A DNA stretch of 64,000 nt from Nitrospirota bacterium (GCA_049325335.1 JBMOMC010000007.1:224001-288000); one strand, 5' to 3'; shown: positions 1-11,314, numbered from the stretch's first letter. Numbers and translations: made by a program. Notes: generated by a model from the sequence alone, not told the origin.

Positions 1-2618
1 TGATGACTCGCCCCGATCCCCGCGCCGTGATCGCCGTGAAAATACTCGTGGAACGGCAGGTGGTCGCGCCAGTGCGGATCGGTGTAGCGGTGAGCGGCCA
101 GTCCGTGAACCGGGCGCCGCCCCGCATGATCCGGGAGAAAGAGCGCAACCAGCCGCCGCGAAATTTCCGTGGCGACCTGCTCCAACGTCATCAACCGCCC
201 CGACCCGGTCGGGCACTCCACGGCAAACCCGTCGCCCAAATAATGGTGAAACTTCTGGAGCGATTCGATGATGAGGAAGTTCACAGGGAACCACACCGGG
301 CCGCGCCAATTGGAGTTCCCCCCGAAAAGTCCGTCTCCCGATTCCGCGGGTTCATACCGAACCACGCGTTCGTGGCCGTTGACCCGCAGGACATAGGGAT
401 CGTCGCCGTACACGCGCGACAGGGATCGGACTCCGTACGGACTCAAAAACTCGGTCTCGTCCAACATGCGCCGCAGGATGCGCCGCAGTTTGGTCGCGCT
501 CACGATCGACAACAACCGCCGTTTGCCCACGCCGGGCCGGTCCATACTGGCCACGTTTCGGGACAGATCGGGCCGGTTCGCGATGAACCACTCCAACCGA
601 CGCGCGAACCCCGGGAAGCGCTCCATGATATCCGGTTCCAAGGTCTCCACCGCGAACAAGGGAATCAACCCAACCATGGACCGCAGCTTGAGCGGCAAGG
701 CCGCGCCGTCCGGCAGATGCAACACGTCGTGATAGAACCCATTCTCCTCATCCCACAGCCCCGTACCGCCGAGATGATTGATCGCGTCCGCGATGTAGAG
801 AAAGTGCTCGAAAAACTTGCTCGCGATGTCTTCGTAACTAGGATTGGTCTTGGCCAGCTCCAGCGCAATGGCCAGGAGGTTAAGGCAGTAAAACGCCATC
901 CAACTAGTTCCGTCGGATTGTTCGATATGGCCGCCAGTGGGCAGCCGGGTGCTGCGGTCGAACACCGACACGTTATCGAGGCCCAAGAACCCGCCCTGAA
1001 AAATATTCTTCCCCCCTGCGTCCTTCCGGTTGACCCACCAGGTAAAGTTCAGGAGCAACTTTTGGAACACGCGTTCGAGGAAAAACGTGTCGGCGCGCCC
1101 GTACAGTTTCTTTTCGATCTTGTACACCCGCCACGCCGCCCACGCATGCACCGGAGGGTTCACGTCTCCGAACGCCCACTCGTACGCCGGAATCTGGCCA
1201 TTGGGGTGCATGTACCACTCGCGGGTCAACAACACGAGTTGATGTTTGGCGAACTCCGGATCGATCATCGCGAACGGCACCACGTGAAACGCCAGATCCC
1301 ACGCCGCGAACCACGGATACTCCCACTTATCGGGCATCGACAAAATGTCGTCCGTATACAAGTGCGTCCAATCGCGATTGCGGCCGGTGCGACGAGCGGG
1401 CGGCGGAGGCGGGCCGGCCGCGTCGCCCGACAGCCAATTCTCGACCACGTAGTGATAGTGCTGCCGATTCCACAGCATCCCGGCAAACGCTTGGCGCTGG
1501 ATGCGCGACAGCTCGCCGGATTCAACCGCCGGCGTCACACGGTGATAAAACTCATCGGCCTCGCGTTCGCGCTGAGCGACCGTCGCCTCGAACCCCCGGA
1601 ACGGGGTCCCCGTCGCGTCAGGCCGCAGACGAAGTCGGAGGGTCCGCTCCCCGCTGGACGGCACATCCAGGCAATAGTGCGCCGCGGCCTTGGTGCCGGC
1701 GCGCTCGGGATTCACCGCGTCGAGGCAACCCAACACCACGTAGTCGTTGATCCCATCTTTCACATACCGAGATCCATTCGGCGAATTAAACAGGCGCTCG
1801 TAGTTGGTCTCGTTCTCGGTAAAGAGCAGATCCGGAGCGCCCTCGCAGAACAATCGCCGTGCGCCCACCGTGGCCTCGAACGCCTCGATCACGCGGCAGC
1901 CTCGGGCGTCGCGCCCCGCCTTGACGACTGGTTTCTCCACGCGCGGGTCCCATGTCCAGCGGTTCCGGAACCACAACGTGGGGAGTACGTGCAACACGGC
2001 CGGGTCAGGACCGCGATTGATCACCCGAATTTCAATCAACACATCGTCCGGAGAAGCCTTGGCGTACCGCACGAACACGTCCCAATACCGGTCATGGTCG
2101 AACGCGCCGGTGTCCGTCAATTCGTACTCGGGCGCCCCCCGACCGCGACGCCGATTTTCAGCGATCAACTCGTCGTAGGGGAACGCCTGCTGCGGGTACT
2201 TGTAGAGAAACCGCATGTACGAGTGCGTGGGCGTATTGTCGAGGTACCAGTAACACTCCTTCACATCCTCGCCGTGATTGCCCTCGTTGCCGGACAGGCC
2301 GAATAGCCGTTCTTTGAGGATGGGATCACGACCGTTCCAGAGCGCGAGCGCGAAGCACAACCGCTGATGATTATCGGAAATTCCGGCGATCCCGTCTTCG
2401 CCCCACCGATAGACGCGCGAGCGCGCGTGATCGTGGGGGAAGTATTCCCAGGCCGTGCCGGTCGCGCTGTAGTCCTCGCGCACCGTGCCCCACTGCCGCT
2501 CGCTCAAGTAGGGCCCCCAGCGGCGCCAGTGTGTGGTGCGCGTCCGCGCCTCCTCCAACCGGCGTTCTTCCGCGGTCAGCGTGCCGCCGCGGCGAGTTGT
2601 GACGACGTTCGAGTCCAC
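1..2618 (-). CDS. MGH1-like/GH63 glucosidase, 3' end runs off the window start
   Basis: Manual translation from GTG at 2618, close to a [56 protein letters not shown], later [18 protein letters not shown]. Absent from the ORF track because its stop lies outside the window. Confidence 0.85.
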   Translation of the reverse strand, partial: MDSNVVTTRRGGTLTAEERRLEEARTRTTHWRRWGPYLSERQWGTVREDYSATGTAWEYFPHDHARSRVYRWGEDGIAGISDNHQRLCFALALWNGRDPILKERLFGLSGNEGNHGEDVKECYWYLDNTPTHSYMRFLYKYPQQAFPYDELIAENRRRGRGAPEYELTDTGAFDHDRYWDVFVRYAKASPDDVLIEIRVINRGPDPAVLHVLPTLWFRNRWTWDPRVEKPVVKAGRDARGCRVIEAFEATVGARRLFCEGAPDLLFTENETNYERLFNSPNGSRYVKDGINDYVVLGCLDAVNPERAGTKAAAHYCLDVPSSGERTLRLRLRPDATGTPFRGFEATVAQREREADEFYHRVTPAVESGELSRIQRQAFAGMLWNRQHYHYVVENWLSGDAAGPPPPPARRTGRNRDWTHLYTDDILSMPDKWEYPWFAAWDLAFHVVPFAMIDPEFAKHQLVLLTREWYMHPNGQIPAYEWAFGDVNPPVHAWAAWRVYKIEKKLYGRADTFFLERVFQKLLLNFTWWVNRKDAGGKNIFQGGFLGLDNVSVFDRSTRLPTGGHIEQSDGTSWMAFYCLNLLAIALELAKTNPSYEDIASKFFEHFLYIADAINHLGGTGLWDEENGFYHDVLHLPDGAALPLKLRSMVGLIPLFAVETLEPDIMERFPGFARRLEWFIANRPDLSRNVASMDRPGVGKRRLLSIVSATKLRRILRRMLDETEFLSPYGVRSLSRVYGDDPYVLRVNGHERVVRYEPAESGDGLFGGNSNWRGPVWFPVNFLIIESLQKFHHYLGDGFAVECPTGSGRLMTLEQVATEISRRLVALFLPDHAGRRPVHGLAAHRYTDPHWRDHLPFHEYFHGDHGAGIGASH

Positions 2619-2811
2619 TGCCTCCCTGCTCGTGTCTCTCCAGCACTATATAGTATCCGGGTCTCGATGAGAGTCAACGAACCGGCCCACTCATCGCACT
2701 GACGCACAGTGCCGATGATGCGTCTGGCCATGATTCGGATATCTGCTATGCTTACGCACCGCGCACCGAGAGGACAGTTTTGCGCAAAGCCATGACGGAT
2801 GGAGCCGCCCG

Positions 2812-3162
2812 ATGAAGTGTCCGTATTGCACGACCGCTAACCGTGACCCGCGTCGTTTTTGCAGCCGCTGCGGAGTGATCCTCGGGTGGCCCTGCGCCCG
2901 GTGTGCGTTCTTCAACCACCTTGGCGAACAACATTGCGGCGGCTGCGGAGAACCGCAATCCGGAACACCCCACGTGCCGACGACGGGCGCGCCCGCCCCT
3001 GAATCAGCCCTTGCCGCGGCGCCAACCGGTTCGGGCGGTCGCAGCCAGTTGATCACAAAGGAAATCGACCACTTTCTCAAAGAGCAGGCAGCGAAACCCA
3101 AAGACCAAGAACAGAACGAGCCCGTTTCCCAAACCGATATCGATGATCTATTCCGTCACTAA
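2812..3162 (+). CDS. Double zinc-ribbon protein
   Basis: Four CxxC pairs (CPYC, CSRC, CARC, CGGC); acidic C-terminal motif SQTDIDDLF; upstream GGAG. Confidence 0.7.
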   Translation: MKCPYCTTANRDPRRFCSRCGVILGWPCARCAFFNHLGEQHCGGCGEPQSGTPHVPTTGAPAPESALAAAPTGSGGRSQLITKEIDHFLKEQAAKPKDQEQNEPVSQTDIDDLFRH

Positions 3163-3179
3163 TTCGTCTCAAACCGACC

Positions 3180-4877
3180 ATGCCGCTTAACCGCGTCCTT
3201 CAATCAAAGCTCGGGCAAATTCTGGTCGAGCAAGGCGCCCTTGATCCCGTCCAACTTGAAACCGCCGTCCAGCACCAGCGAGAGAAGGAGCCCCACAAAC
3301 AACTGGGGACGATCATTTTCGAGTTGGGGTTCGTGTCCGACACCAAAGTGGCCGAGGCGGTTGGGATGCAATTCAACATTCCGGTGATCGACCTGTCAGC
3401 GATCACCATCTCGCCGAAGACTATCGCGACAGTCCCCGAACAACTCGCCCGGAAGCTGGGCATCCTTCCCGTCTTTCTGGCGAACAAGGAACTCACCGTG
3501 GCCTTGGCCGATCCCACCGAGATCGAAACGCTCGACTTTTTGGCCCGAGAGACTCGTTGCGTGGTCCAACCCGTCTTGGCCACACGCCGCCAACTCATCG
3601 CGGCCCAAGACCGGTACTATGCCGCCGAAGCCACCATCGGCTCGCTCGACACCGAGGCCCTCCAGCGGTTCGACGTCGATCACGGCGGCCCGGGAGAGGT
3701 GGAACGACTCCTCGCGGTCGGGAAAGAAATCCCGATCGTGAAAATCGTGGACCAAATCTTCAACCGCGCCATCGCGGAAGGCGCGAGCGATATTCACATC
3801 GAGCCCAGCGACCTCAAGATCCTCATCCGCTTTCGAGTCGACGGCATCCTGCGCGACATCCTGTCGTTCTCACCGTTGCTGCGTGCGGCCATCACCTCAC
3901 GGGTGAAAATTCTGTCTAACCTCGATATCGCCGAACGACAAAAACCTCAAGACGGCCGGATTCAACTTTCGTCACACAACCTGGATATGCGCGTCTCGAC
4001 GCTTCCGACCCAGCATGGCGAGAAGGTCGTGATCCGAATCCTCGACCGCGCCAACGTCCTGATTGGCCTCAAAGACCTGGGGTTCACGCCCCAGAATTTG
4101 GAGCGCCTTCATCAGCTCATTCACCAACCGTACGGCATCGTGCTCGTCACGGGTCCCACCGGAAGCGGGAAAAGCACCACGCTGTACGCGGCCCTCAACG
4201 CGGTCCGCTGTCCGGAGGTCAACGTGGTCACGGTCGAAGATCCGGTGGAGTATCACCTCCCCGGCATCACGCAGGTCCAGGTCAACGTCAAAAAGGGATT
4301 GACCTTCGCGACGATTCTGCGTTCCGTGTTGCGTCAGGACCCCGACATCGTCATGGTGGGAGAGATCCGGGATCCCGAGACGGGCGCCATGGCGACGGAA
4401 GCCGCCCTGACCGGACACCTGGTGTTCTCCACGCTGCACACCAACGACGCCGGGGGAGCGGTGACTCGCCTCATCGAAATGGGGATCGAACCCTTCCTTC
4501 TTGCGCCCTCGTTGTTGGGCGTGGTGGCTCAACGGTTGGTACGGGTCGTCTGCGGAAAATGCCGCGAACTCTACACGCCTCGGCCGACGGAGATCGAGCG
4601 GCTCGGCATGGGGACGGTGTCCGGCGAACTCACGTTCGCAAGGGCCAAGGGTTGCGCGCACTGCCAACAACGGGGATACCGCGGGCGGACGTCGATCCAC
4701 GAAATCCTGATGATTGACGAAATCATGCGGCAGATGATCAGCGAGAAAACGCCCCAGGCGATCCTCATGGAATACGCAAACCAGCGCGGTTTCGTCGACA
4801 TGCGGATCGACGGATTGAAGAAGGTCGTGGCGGGAATTACCACGGTGGAAGAAGTTCTCCGCGTCAGCAAAGGGTGA
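3180..4877 (+). CDS. PilB/GspE-family secretion ATPase with MshEN-like N-terminus
   Basis: Walker A GPTGSGKSTT, TVEDPVEY, LRQDPDIVMVGEIRD, TGHLVFSTLHTN, tetracysteine motif. Confidence 0.92.
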   Translation: MPLNRVLQSKLGQILVEQGALDPVQLETAVQHQREKEPHKQLGTIIFELGFVSDTKVAEAVGMQFNIPVIDLSAITISPKTIATVPEQLARKLGILPVFLANKELTVALADPTEIETLDFLARETRCVVQPVLATRRQLIAAQDRYYAAEATIGSLDTEALQRFDVDHGGPGEVERLLAVGKEIPIVKIVDQIFNRAIAEGASDIHIEPSDLKILIRFRVDGILRDILSFSPLLRAAITSRVKILSNLDIAERQKPQDGRIQLSSHNLDMRVSTLPTQHGEKVVIRILDRANVLIGLKDLGFTPQNLERLHQLIHQPYGIVLVTGPTGSGKSTTLYAALNAVRCPEVNVVTVEDPVEYHLPGITQVQVNVKKGLTFATILRSVLRQDPDIVMVGEIRDPETGAMATEAALTGHLVFSTLHTNDAGGAVTRLIEMGIEPFLLAPSLLGVVAQRLVRVVCGKCRELYTPRPTEIERLGMGTVSGELTFARAKGCAHCQQRGYRGRTSIHEILMIDEIMRQMISEKTPQAILMEYANQRGFVDMRIDGLKKVVAGITTVEEVLRVSKG

Positions 4878-4883
4878 GCGACA

Positions 4884-5267
4884 ATGGGACAGACTCCGAA
4901 AAAGGTCTTGGTCGTCGACGACTCAAGCTTCATGCGTAGCGCCCTCAAGGACATCCTTGAGAAACTCGGCTACCAAGTCGTCGGTACGGCGGAAAACGGC
5001 ATCGAAGCGGTGGCGAAATACCGCGACCTCAAACCCGATATCGTGACGCTCGACATCATCATGCCCCAGATGGGCGGCCTCCAAGGGCTTAAATTGCTCA
5101 AGTCGGTCAACCCCCATGCGGTCGTGGTGATGGTGTCGTCGATGACTGATCGCGAATCCGTCACGGAGTGCGTCAAAGCGGGCGCCGCGCATTACCTGCT
5201 CAAGCCCTTTGACGAGACCAAGGTCGCGGAGGTGATGAAACACGTCGCGACCGCGCGCGCCGCGTAG
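4884..5267 (+). CDS. CheY-like single-domain response regulator
   Basis: VLVVDDS, phospho-Asp in DIIMP, KPF motif. Confidence 0.9.
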   Translation: MGQTPKKVLVVDDSSFMRSALKDILEKLGYQVVGTAENGIEAVAKYRDLKPDIVTLDIIMPQMGGLQGLKLLKSVNPHAVVVMVSSMTDRESVTECVKAGAAHYLLKPFDETKVAEVMKHVATARAA

Positions 5268-5286
5268 CGCGCCTCCGCCCGGCCCG

Positions 5287-6831
5287 TCACCGCGTCCACT
5301 CGAACCACCGCCTCAGCAGCCGCTGTTTTCCCTCGGTGAACGTCGATTTGCGCCAGGCGTTCGCCGCGCGTTTGACCACCTCGGCCTGCGTGGGATAGGG
5401 GTGGATCGTGCCCCCGATCGCGGAGAGACCCAGCGTGTTGCGCATCGCGACCGTGACCTCGCTGATCAGATCCCCCGCACGCGCCGCCACGATAGTGGCG
5501 CCGAGGATCGCGTCGGAGCCGCGTTTCACGTGCACGCGTGCAAAACCGTCCTCTTCTCCGTCGAGGATCGCGCGGTCCACCTCGTCGAGATTGAACGTGA
5601 CGGTGTCGCACGCGATCCCCGCGGCCTGGGCCTCGGCGTGGGTCATGCCCACGTGCGCAAGTTCCGGCTCCGTGTAGGTCACCCGCGGAATCACCAACGA
5701 GCTGACGCGGGCCGTGCCCAGCCCGAACGGATGCGGAAACAGCGCGTTCTGAATCACGATCTGCGCGTGGGCGTCGGCCGCGTGCGTAAACTGAAACCGC
5801 GAGCACACGTCGCCTGCGGCAAAAATCCGCGGATTGGCGGTCTGGAGGCGGTCATTCACGGCGATGCCCGCGGTCTGATCAGAGGCGACGCCCGCAGTGT
5901 CCAACCCGAGACCCTCGACGTTCGGAGTCCGGCCGACCGCGACGAGAATCTCGTCGACGGCTGATTCCTGCGTCGTACCATGACACGCGTAGAAAAGAAC
6001 CTTGTCCCGGCCTCGTTGCTCCACGCGCATGACCTGAGATCCGAGCGCTAACGTCACCCCCTCTTGTGCCATCCGCGCGCGAACCAGCGCGGCAGCGTCC
6101 GCGTCGTCCCGGGGGAGGATGCGATCCAAGCGGTCAAAGAGCGACACACGGCTGCCGAAGCGAGCGAACGTTTGCGCCATCTCGCAGCCGATCGGGCCGG
6201 CCCCGATCACGGCCAATCGCCGCGGCAAGTCCGTGAGCGAAAAAAACGTTTCGTTCGTCAGATAGCCCGACTCGGCCAATCCCGGTATCAACGGCACCGC
6301 CGGCCGCGCGCCCGTGCAGATTGCGGCTTTGGCGTAGGCCAGTCGCGTCCCGGCAACTTCGACGACCCCGGGCCCCGCGAACCGGCCGGCGCCAATGAAC
6401 ACGTCCACGCCCAATTTCGCAAACCGGTGCGCCGAATCGTTGGGGCTGATCCGCGCGCGCAGCCGCCGCATCCGCGCCATCGCGCTTGCAAAGTCGTGCG
6501 TGAGTCCCTCGATGCCGCGAACGCCGAACTCCCCGCTCCGCCGAACCGCGGACCAGGCGCGGGCGGCCGCGATCAGGGCCTTTGACGGCACGCACCCGAC
6601 GTTCAAGCAGTCCCCGCCCATCAAGTGCCGCTCGATCAACGCGACCTTGGCGCCCAACCCCGCGGCAATGGCCGCGGTCACCAACCCCGCCGTGCCCGCC
6701 CCGATCACCACCAGGTTGTACCGGCCGGTGGGCGTGGGGTTGACCCAACCCGGAGGGTGAACATTGCCCACCAACCGTTGGTTGTATTCGTCATCGGGCA
6801 AGACCATCGGATGTGGTTGCTCGGCCATCAC
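5287..6831 (-). CDS. MerA/dihydrolipoamide dehydrogenase-like FAD disulfide oxidoreductase
   Basis: GAGTAG, GGDCLNVGCVPSK, GAGPIG, HPYPT; no MerA C-terminal Cys-Cys pair. Confidence 0.85.
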   Translation of the reverse strand: MMAEQPHPMVLPDDEYNQRLVGNVHPPGWVNPTPTGRYNLVVIGAGTAGLVTAAIAAGLGAKVALIERHLMGGDCLNVGCVPSKALIAAARAWSAVRRSGEFGVRGIEGLTHDFASAMARMRRLRARISPNDSAHRFAKLGVDVFIGAGRFAGPGVVEVAGTRLAYAKAAICTGARPAVPLIPGLAESGYLTNETFFSLTDLPRRLAVIGAGPIGCEMAQTFARFGSRVSLFDRLDRILPRDDADAAALVRARMAQEGVTLALGSQVMRVEQRGRDKVLFYACHGTTQESAVDEILVAVGRTPNVEGLGLDTAGVASDQTAGIAVNDRLQTANPRIFAAGDVCSRFQFTHAADAHAQIVIQNALFPHPFGLGTARVSSLVIPRVTYTEPELAHVGMTHAEAQAAGIACDTVTFNLDEVDRAILDGEEDGFARVHVKRGSDAILGATIVAARAGDLISEVTVAMRNTLGLSAIGGTIHPYPTQAEVVKRAANAWRKSTFTEGKQRLLRRWFEWTR

Positions 6832-7577
6832 TTCACCCGTTTGAACACAATATCGCCGTAATATGCGGTGGCGGTCTCACCCGTGTTGTCCGTGTCCGTC
6901 ATGATCGCCACGCCGTTGACCTTGGGCGGCTCGCCGCCGAACGCCCGCCGGTAGTCGTCATAGAGATTTCGCTCCTCATCCATCCACCGCTCGATATTGG
7001 CCGCGCCGGACTCCACCACGATCATCCGCACGAAGTCCGTGTAGGCGTTGGGCGCCACGGTTCCGACCGGCGCGGCGCGGTCCCAGATATAGTTGATCGC
7101 GGCGATCGGGATGTCCCCGAACAACAATCGACCCGCCTGATACTTAGCCTTGCGGGACCAGCGTACCTTGTCGGGCTCGTAGGCGAACGTGAGGTACAGC
7201 CGCGCCGCGTAATCGTCGCCCTGCTTGTTCGTGAGGTCTCCCCCGGCAATCACGTTGCTGACCTTCCACCGCCACGCAACAATCGGATACTCTTTGAGAT
7301 CGATCGACACCTCCCGGGTCAAGCCCGATGCGCCCGCTCGACTCTCGGCCCGCACCACCACCGCGTCGCCGTCGCGCACCACGGTGTAGTCCGTTGCCCT
7401 CTGGATTTTCTTGAACGTCAGTGGCTTCCATCCCGGCGGCGGAGTCGGTCCCTCGGTCGCGGACGAAAACGCGCCGACGACCATCGCGGCATCCGATTCG
7501 GCGCAGACCCGCGTGACACGGGACATCGTGATCAAGACGAACACCGAGAGCGCGATCCGCCACGCGCGCTGCGTCAT
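6828..7577 (-). CDS. DUF3047 family exported protein
   Basis: Motifs WRWKV, GDDYAARLY, AINYIW, VAIMTDTDNTG. Likely ATG at 7577 overlaps the upstream stop; the ORF-track start is over-extended. Confidence 0.8.
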   Translation of the reverse strand: MTQRAWRIALSVFVLITMSRVTRVCAESDAAMVVGAFSSATEGPTPPPGWKPLTFKKIQRATDYTVVRDGDAVVVRAESRAGASGLTREVSIDLKEYPIVAWRWKVSNVIAGGDLTNKQGDDYAARLYLTFAYEPDKVRWSRKAKYQAGRLLFGDIPIAAINYIWDRAAPVGTVAPNAYTDFVRMIVVESGAANIERWMDEERNLYDDYRRAFGGEPPKVNGVAIMTDTDNTGETATAYYGDIVFKRVK

Positions 7578-8251
7578 CACGACCACCGGTCGCGCCACCG
7601 GTGGTACGCCACCGGGACAAGCGCCAAGAGTCCCAGCAGGGCAAACGCGCCCAGCACCCCGGGCGACGCAATGTCGTTGAGCGAGTCGATGTTCCCTAAT
7701 TGGCTGCCCGCATTGGCATACACGATACTCGCGGGGATGATCCCGACGGCGGTCGCCGCCGTATACGTCGACAGTCGAATCCGCGTCAGCCCCGAGGCCA
7801 GGTTGACCAGAAAAAACGGAAACAAGGGAATCAACCGCAATGTCAGCAAATAATTGAACGCGTTGCGATCGAACCCGCGGTGGATCGCCTCCAACTTCGG
7901 GCCGAATCGACGCTCCACCGCGTCCCGGAACAGATACCGCGCGACCAAGAACGCGAGCACCGCGCCCGAAGTCGCCCCCAAGTTTACGTAGACCGTGCCC
8001 AATGCGGTCCCGAAGAGGAACCCGCCGGTCAGCGTGAACATCACCGCCCCGGGGAGCGACAACGCGGTCTGCACGCAATACGCCGCGACGAAGACGATCA
8101 CCGACAGCGCGTAGTGCGAGGCGGTATACGCTTGCAACGCGTCCTTATTGGCTTTCAGCGAGGCCAAGGTGAGATATCGCCCGAGATCAAGACCGATGAA
8201 CGCCGCCACCGCCGCGACCACCGTCGCCACGAGCACCAACTTCCCGATCAA
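7577..8251 (-). CDS. TVP38/TMEM64 (DedA/VTT) membrane protein
   Basis: TALSLPGA, GGFLFG, LRLIPLFPFFLVN motifs; start codon uncertain. Confidence 0.85.
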   Translation of the reverse strand: MIGKLVLVATVVAAVAAFIGLDLGRYLTLASLKANKDALQAYTASHYALSVIVFVAAYCVQTALSLPGAVMFTLTGGFLFGTALGTVYVNLGATSGAVLAFLVARYLFRDAVERRFGPKLEAIHRGFDRNAFNYLLTLRLIPLFPFFLVNLASGLTRIRLSTYTAATAVGIIPASIVYANAGSQLGNIDSLNDIASPGVLGAFALLGLLALVPVAYHRWRDRWS

Positions 8252-10338
8252 CGGACGGCCGGCGATGACCGCCTCCTGCCGGCGGCAACCGTGCCGCGGC
8301 CCAACTTCGTGCGTTGAAACGCGCTGATCTCGGTCCACGCTCGGAGGACCTCGGCCACGGTCCACGCTTGGGCGATACATCCGCGCGGCGCGAACGGCGG
8401 GTCGCCGTCAAAGATTTCGCTCAAACTCCCCACCCCAGCCGCGGCCAGGTGCTGCGCCATCGGCTCCAGGAACGCGCCAGCGGCCGCGGGATCGCCATAG
8501 ACCCGCAGATGCGCCAGCGCAAACGGCCCCAACAGCCACCCCCACACCGTCCCCTGATGATACGCCGCGTCCCGCGAGTTCACGTCGCCTTGGTACCGTC
8601 CGACGTATCGAGGATCATCCGGCGCCAGGCTCCGCAACCCGTGCGACGTGAGCAACGTGCGCGCGCAGACATCGACCACCGCGCGCTGTTGGTCCGCGGT
8701 CAGGGGGCTCTCGGGCAACGAGACCGCGAACAGTTGATTGGGCCGCACGGATGCGTCATGACCCTCGGGACCGTCGAGCACGTCGTAACAACACCCTCTC
8801 GCGGAATTCCAGAACCGCACGAATCCCGTTTTGGTTCGCTCAGCCATCTTGTCGTAGGTTGCCGGATCGCGCCGTACGCGGCGCGCAAAGGACGCGGCCG
8901 CACGCAACGCGTTGTACCAGAGCGCGTTGATCTCTACCGGCTTGCCCATACGCGGCGTGATGACGCGATCGCCGACCTTCGCGTCCATCCAGGTGAGCTG
9001 CACGCCCGGCTCCCCCGCGACCAGCAACCCGTCCTCGGGATCCGCCCCGATCCGGTACCGCGTGCCCCGCGCATACCAGGAGATGATGTCTTCCACGACC
9101 GGGAACAGCGCGCGCAGCGTCGTGTCATCGCGCGTCGCGGCGTGATAGGCGCGAATCGCTTCGATATACCACAAGGCCGCGTCCACCGTGTTGTATTCCA
9201 CGGCCCCGCCCGTGTCGTCGAACCGGTTGGGCAACAACCCGCGGTCCGCGTAACGCGCGAACGTGGTCAGGATCCCGCGCGCGACTTCGGGACGACCGGT
9301 CGCGAGCGTGAGGCCCGGCAATGCGATCATAGTGTCCCGCCCCCAGTCCCCGAACCACGGGTATCCCGCGATCACGGTACGGCCTTCAGGATCATCCCGC
9401 GTGGTGCGCCGTACGATGAACTGCTCCGCGGCGAGCGTCAACTGTTCGATCCATCGGGGGACCGGCTCCGTGCCTCGTGGCGCTGCCGTCCGGCGACAGT
9501 CCAGCACGCGCCGTTCATACGCCCGTCGTGCGCTCAATACCGATCGACCGTTCGATGGCGGCCGCGGTTCAGCACTGGTCACAACCGTAACAGACTGACC
9601 TGGTCCAAACGTCGCCCGCACCGTGGCCGCGTGCAGGTGATCGTCACGCGAATCAAGCCCGCGTTCGCGTTCGGCCGACAGGTCGAACCCCACGTGCCAC
9701 GCGTGCGCCGGCTCCACGAACGTACCGCGCGCGGCCAGCATGATGGGGGTCGCTCCATTAAATGGGATCACGCGCACCCCATGCGGTTCGGACGTCACGT
9801 CCATGGACCAATCGCTCCCGCGCGTGGTCCCGTGGTCCTGCCGAGCATTGACGAGGACCTTGATCGTCAGGTCCAGCGGCCCGCTCGCACGCGCCACGTC
9901 GTACCGGACATAGGTGGTGTTGGCGCCGTGCTCCATCCACACCCGTTTCTCGATGATCGCGTCCGCGCACGCAAACCGCCACGTAGGAATCGCGCCGTCG
10001 AGGACGAACTGTTCGATGTGGCGGTAGCCGTGCGGCTCGACAGATCCGTCGGCCCATTGGTTGGTGCAGAGCGGATACTCGACGTGGCCATAGACCGCGG
10101 TTTCATCCAACTTAGCCACGAGCAGCGTGCGCCCGAGTGGAGGAGCGAGCGCCGCCATCAAAATCCCGTGGTAACGCCGCGTCAGCAGCCCGGCCACGGT
10201 CCCGGACGCGTACCCGCCAATGCCATTCGTGACCAACCACTCGCGCGACGCCGCGGTCGCGATGTCGCCGCAGAGATCGCGCCCTAGGACAACCGTTATG
10301 TTCGACGGATCCGCGTCGTTCCGAGACGTTCTTGCCAC
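8248..10338 (-). CDS. Amylo-alpha-1,6-glucosidase (glycogen debranching enzyme family)
   Basis: REWLVTNGIGGYA, IAGYPWFGDWGRDTMI, LTWMDAK, AYHQGTVW, GCIAQAW; probable GTG start at 10338. Confidence 0.9.
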   Translation of the reverse strand: MARTSRNDADPSNITVVLGRDLCGDIATAASREWLVTNGIGGYASGTVAGLLTRRYHGILMAALAPPLGRTLLVAKLDETAVYGHVEYPLCTNQWADGSVEPHGYRHIEQFVLDGAIPTWRFACADAIIEKRVWMEHGANTTYVRYDVARASGPLDLTIKVLVNARQDHGTTRGSDWSMDVTSEPHGVRVIPFNGATPIMLAARGTFVEPAHAWHVGFDLSAERERGLDSRDDHLHAATVRATFGPGQSVTVVTSAEPRPPSNGRSVLSARRAYERRVLDCRRTAAPRGTEPVPRWIEQLTLAAEQFIVRRTTRDDPEGRTVIAGYPWFGDWGRDTMIALPGLTLATGRPEVARGILTTFARYADRGLLPNRFDDTGGAVEYNTVDAALWYIEAIRAYHAATRDDTTLRALFPVVEDIISWYARGTRYRIGADPEDGLLVAGEPGVQLTWMDAKVGDRVITPRMGKPVEINALWYNALRAAASFARRVRRDPATYDKMAERTKTGFVRFWNSARGCCYDVLDGPEGHDASVRPNQLFAVSLPESPLTADQQRAVVDVCARTLLTSHGLRSLAPDDPRYVGRYQGDVNSRDAAYHQGTVWGWLLGPFALAHLRVYGDPAAAGAFLEPMAQHLAAAGVGSLSEIFDGDPPFAPRGCIAQAWTVAEVLRAWTEISAFQRTKLGRGTVAAGRRRSSPAVR

Positions 10339-10379
10339 CAGCCCCGACTCCCTTCGAGGCGCACGGCCACTCCGTGCGC

Positions 10380-11156
10380 TCAATCCATCGTGGCCCCGCC
10401 GCACAGGTTCACCGCCTGGCCGGTCATGCCGTCCGCGGCATCGGACGCGACGTACACCGCCAATTGCCCGACCTCGTCAGGCTGCATGAACCGTTTGAGC
10501 GGCACCGCGGCCTCGGCCTGACGGCGGAACTCATCCTCGGTGATGCCCATGGCGCGCGCGCCGTTCGCGACGCCTTCGTGCGCCATGGCCGTGTCCACCC
10601 AACCGGGACACAGCGCGTTGACCGTGATCTTGCGCGGGGCCAGCTCCAGAGCCAGCGACCGGGTCAGGCCAATCACGCCATGTTTGGACGCGCAGTACGC
10701 GGCGTACCCCGGGACGCCGAACCGCCCCAACACGGAGGAGAGGTTGATCACCCTCCCGTGCGCGTGATCTCTGATGTGCGGCGTCACCGCCTTGGTGACC
10801 ACGTACATGCCGGTCAAATTGGTCGCGATGATCCGATCCCACAACGCCTCATCCGCATCACCAATGGCGGTGATGCCGGCCACACCGGCGTTATTGACCA
10901 ACACGTCGATCGCACCCCACCGTCCGACGATTGCCTCCACCCCGCGCGCAATCGACGCGCGATCCGTCACGTCCAAGGCCACCGGCATCACGCGCGCGCC
11001 GGACGGATCCAACTTCGTCGCCTCAGCCCGCAGTCGCGCGCCGTCCCGCGACGCGATCACGACACGCGCCCCTTCTTCCAGATACGCCCGAGCAATCGCC
11101 CGCCCAATGCCCGTGCCCCCGCCCGTCACGAGCGCGGTCCGATCACGCAGTCGCAT
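10380..11156 (-). CDS. SDR-family oxidoreductase (ketoacyl reductase-like)
   Basis: TGGGTGIG, NNAG, YCASK catalytic motif. Confidence 0.9.
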   Translation of the reverse strand: MRLRDRTALVTGGGTGIGRAIARAYLEEGARVVIASRDGARLRAEATKLDPSGARVMPVALDVTDRASIARGVEAIVGRWGAIDVLVNNAGVAGITAIGDADEALWDRIIATNLTGMYVVTKAVTPHIRDHAHGRVINLSSVLGRFGVPGYAAYCASKHGVIGLTRSLALELAPRKITVNALCPGWVDTAMAHEGVANGARAMGITEDEFRRQAEAAVPLKRFMQPDEVGQLAVYVASDAADGMTGQAVNLCGGATMD

Positions 11157-11314
11157 GCAGCACTCCTCTGAAGAACGATCTAACCGGCCGTGGCGCATAC
11201 CCTTCGGCCGACAAGGAAGCGATGATAGGCGGGTACCGCCACGAAATCAACGACCAACTATCCGCGCAAGCCCCCACCCCTCTTGCGGGGGAGGAGGAGC
11301 GGAGCGGGAGGAGG

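Noticed and set aside
3..2306. 767-aa plus-strand ORF
   Set aside because: Antisense shadow of the minus-strand GH63-like glucosidase. The same applies to other long Arg/Pro-rich antisense ORFs such as 8314-10287, 18858-20498, 29647-31149 and 54789-56114.
5287..6831. Mercury resistance gene merA
   Set aside because: No NmerA domain, no C-terminal Cys-Cys pair, and no merR/T/P nearby.
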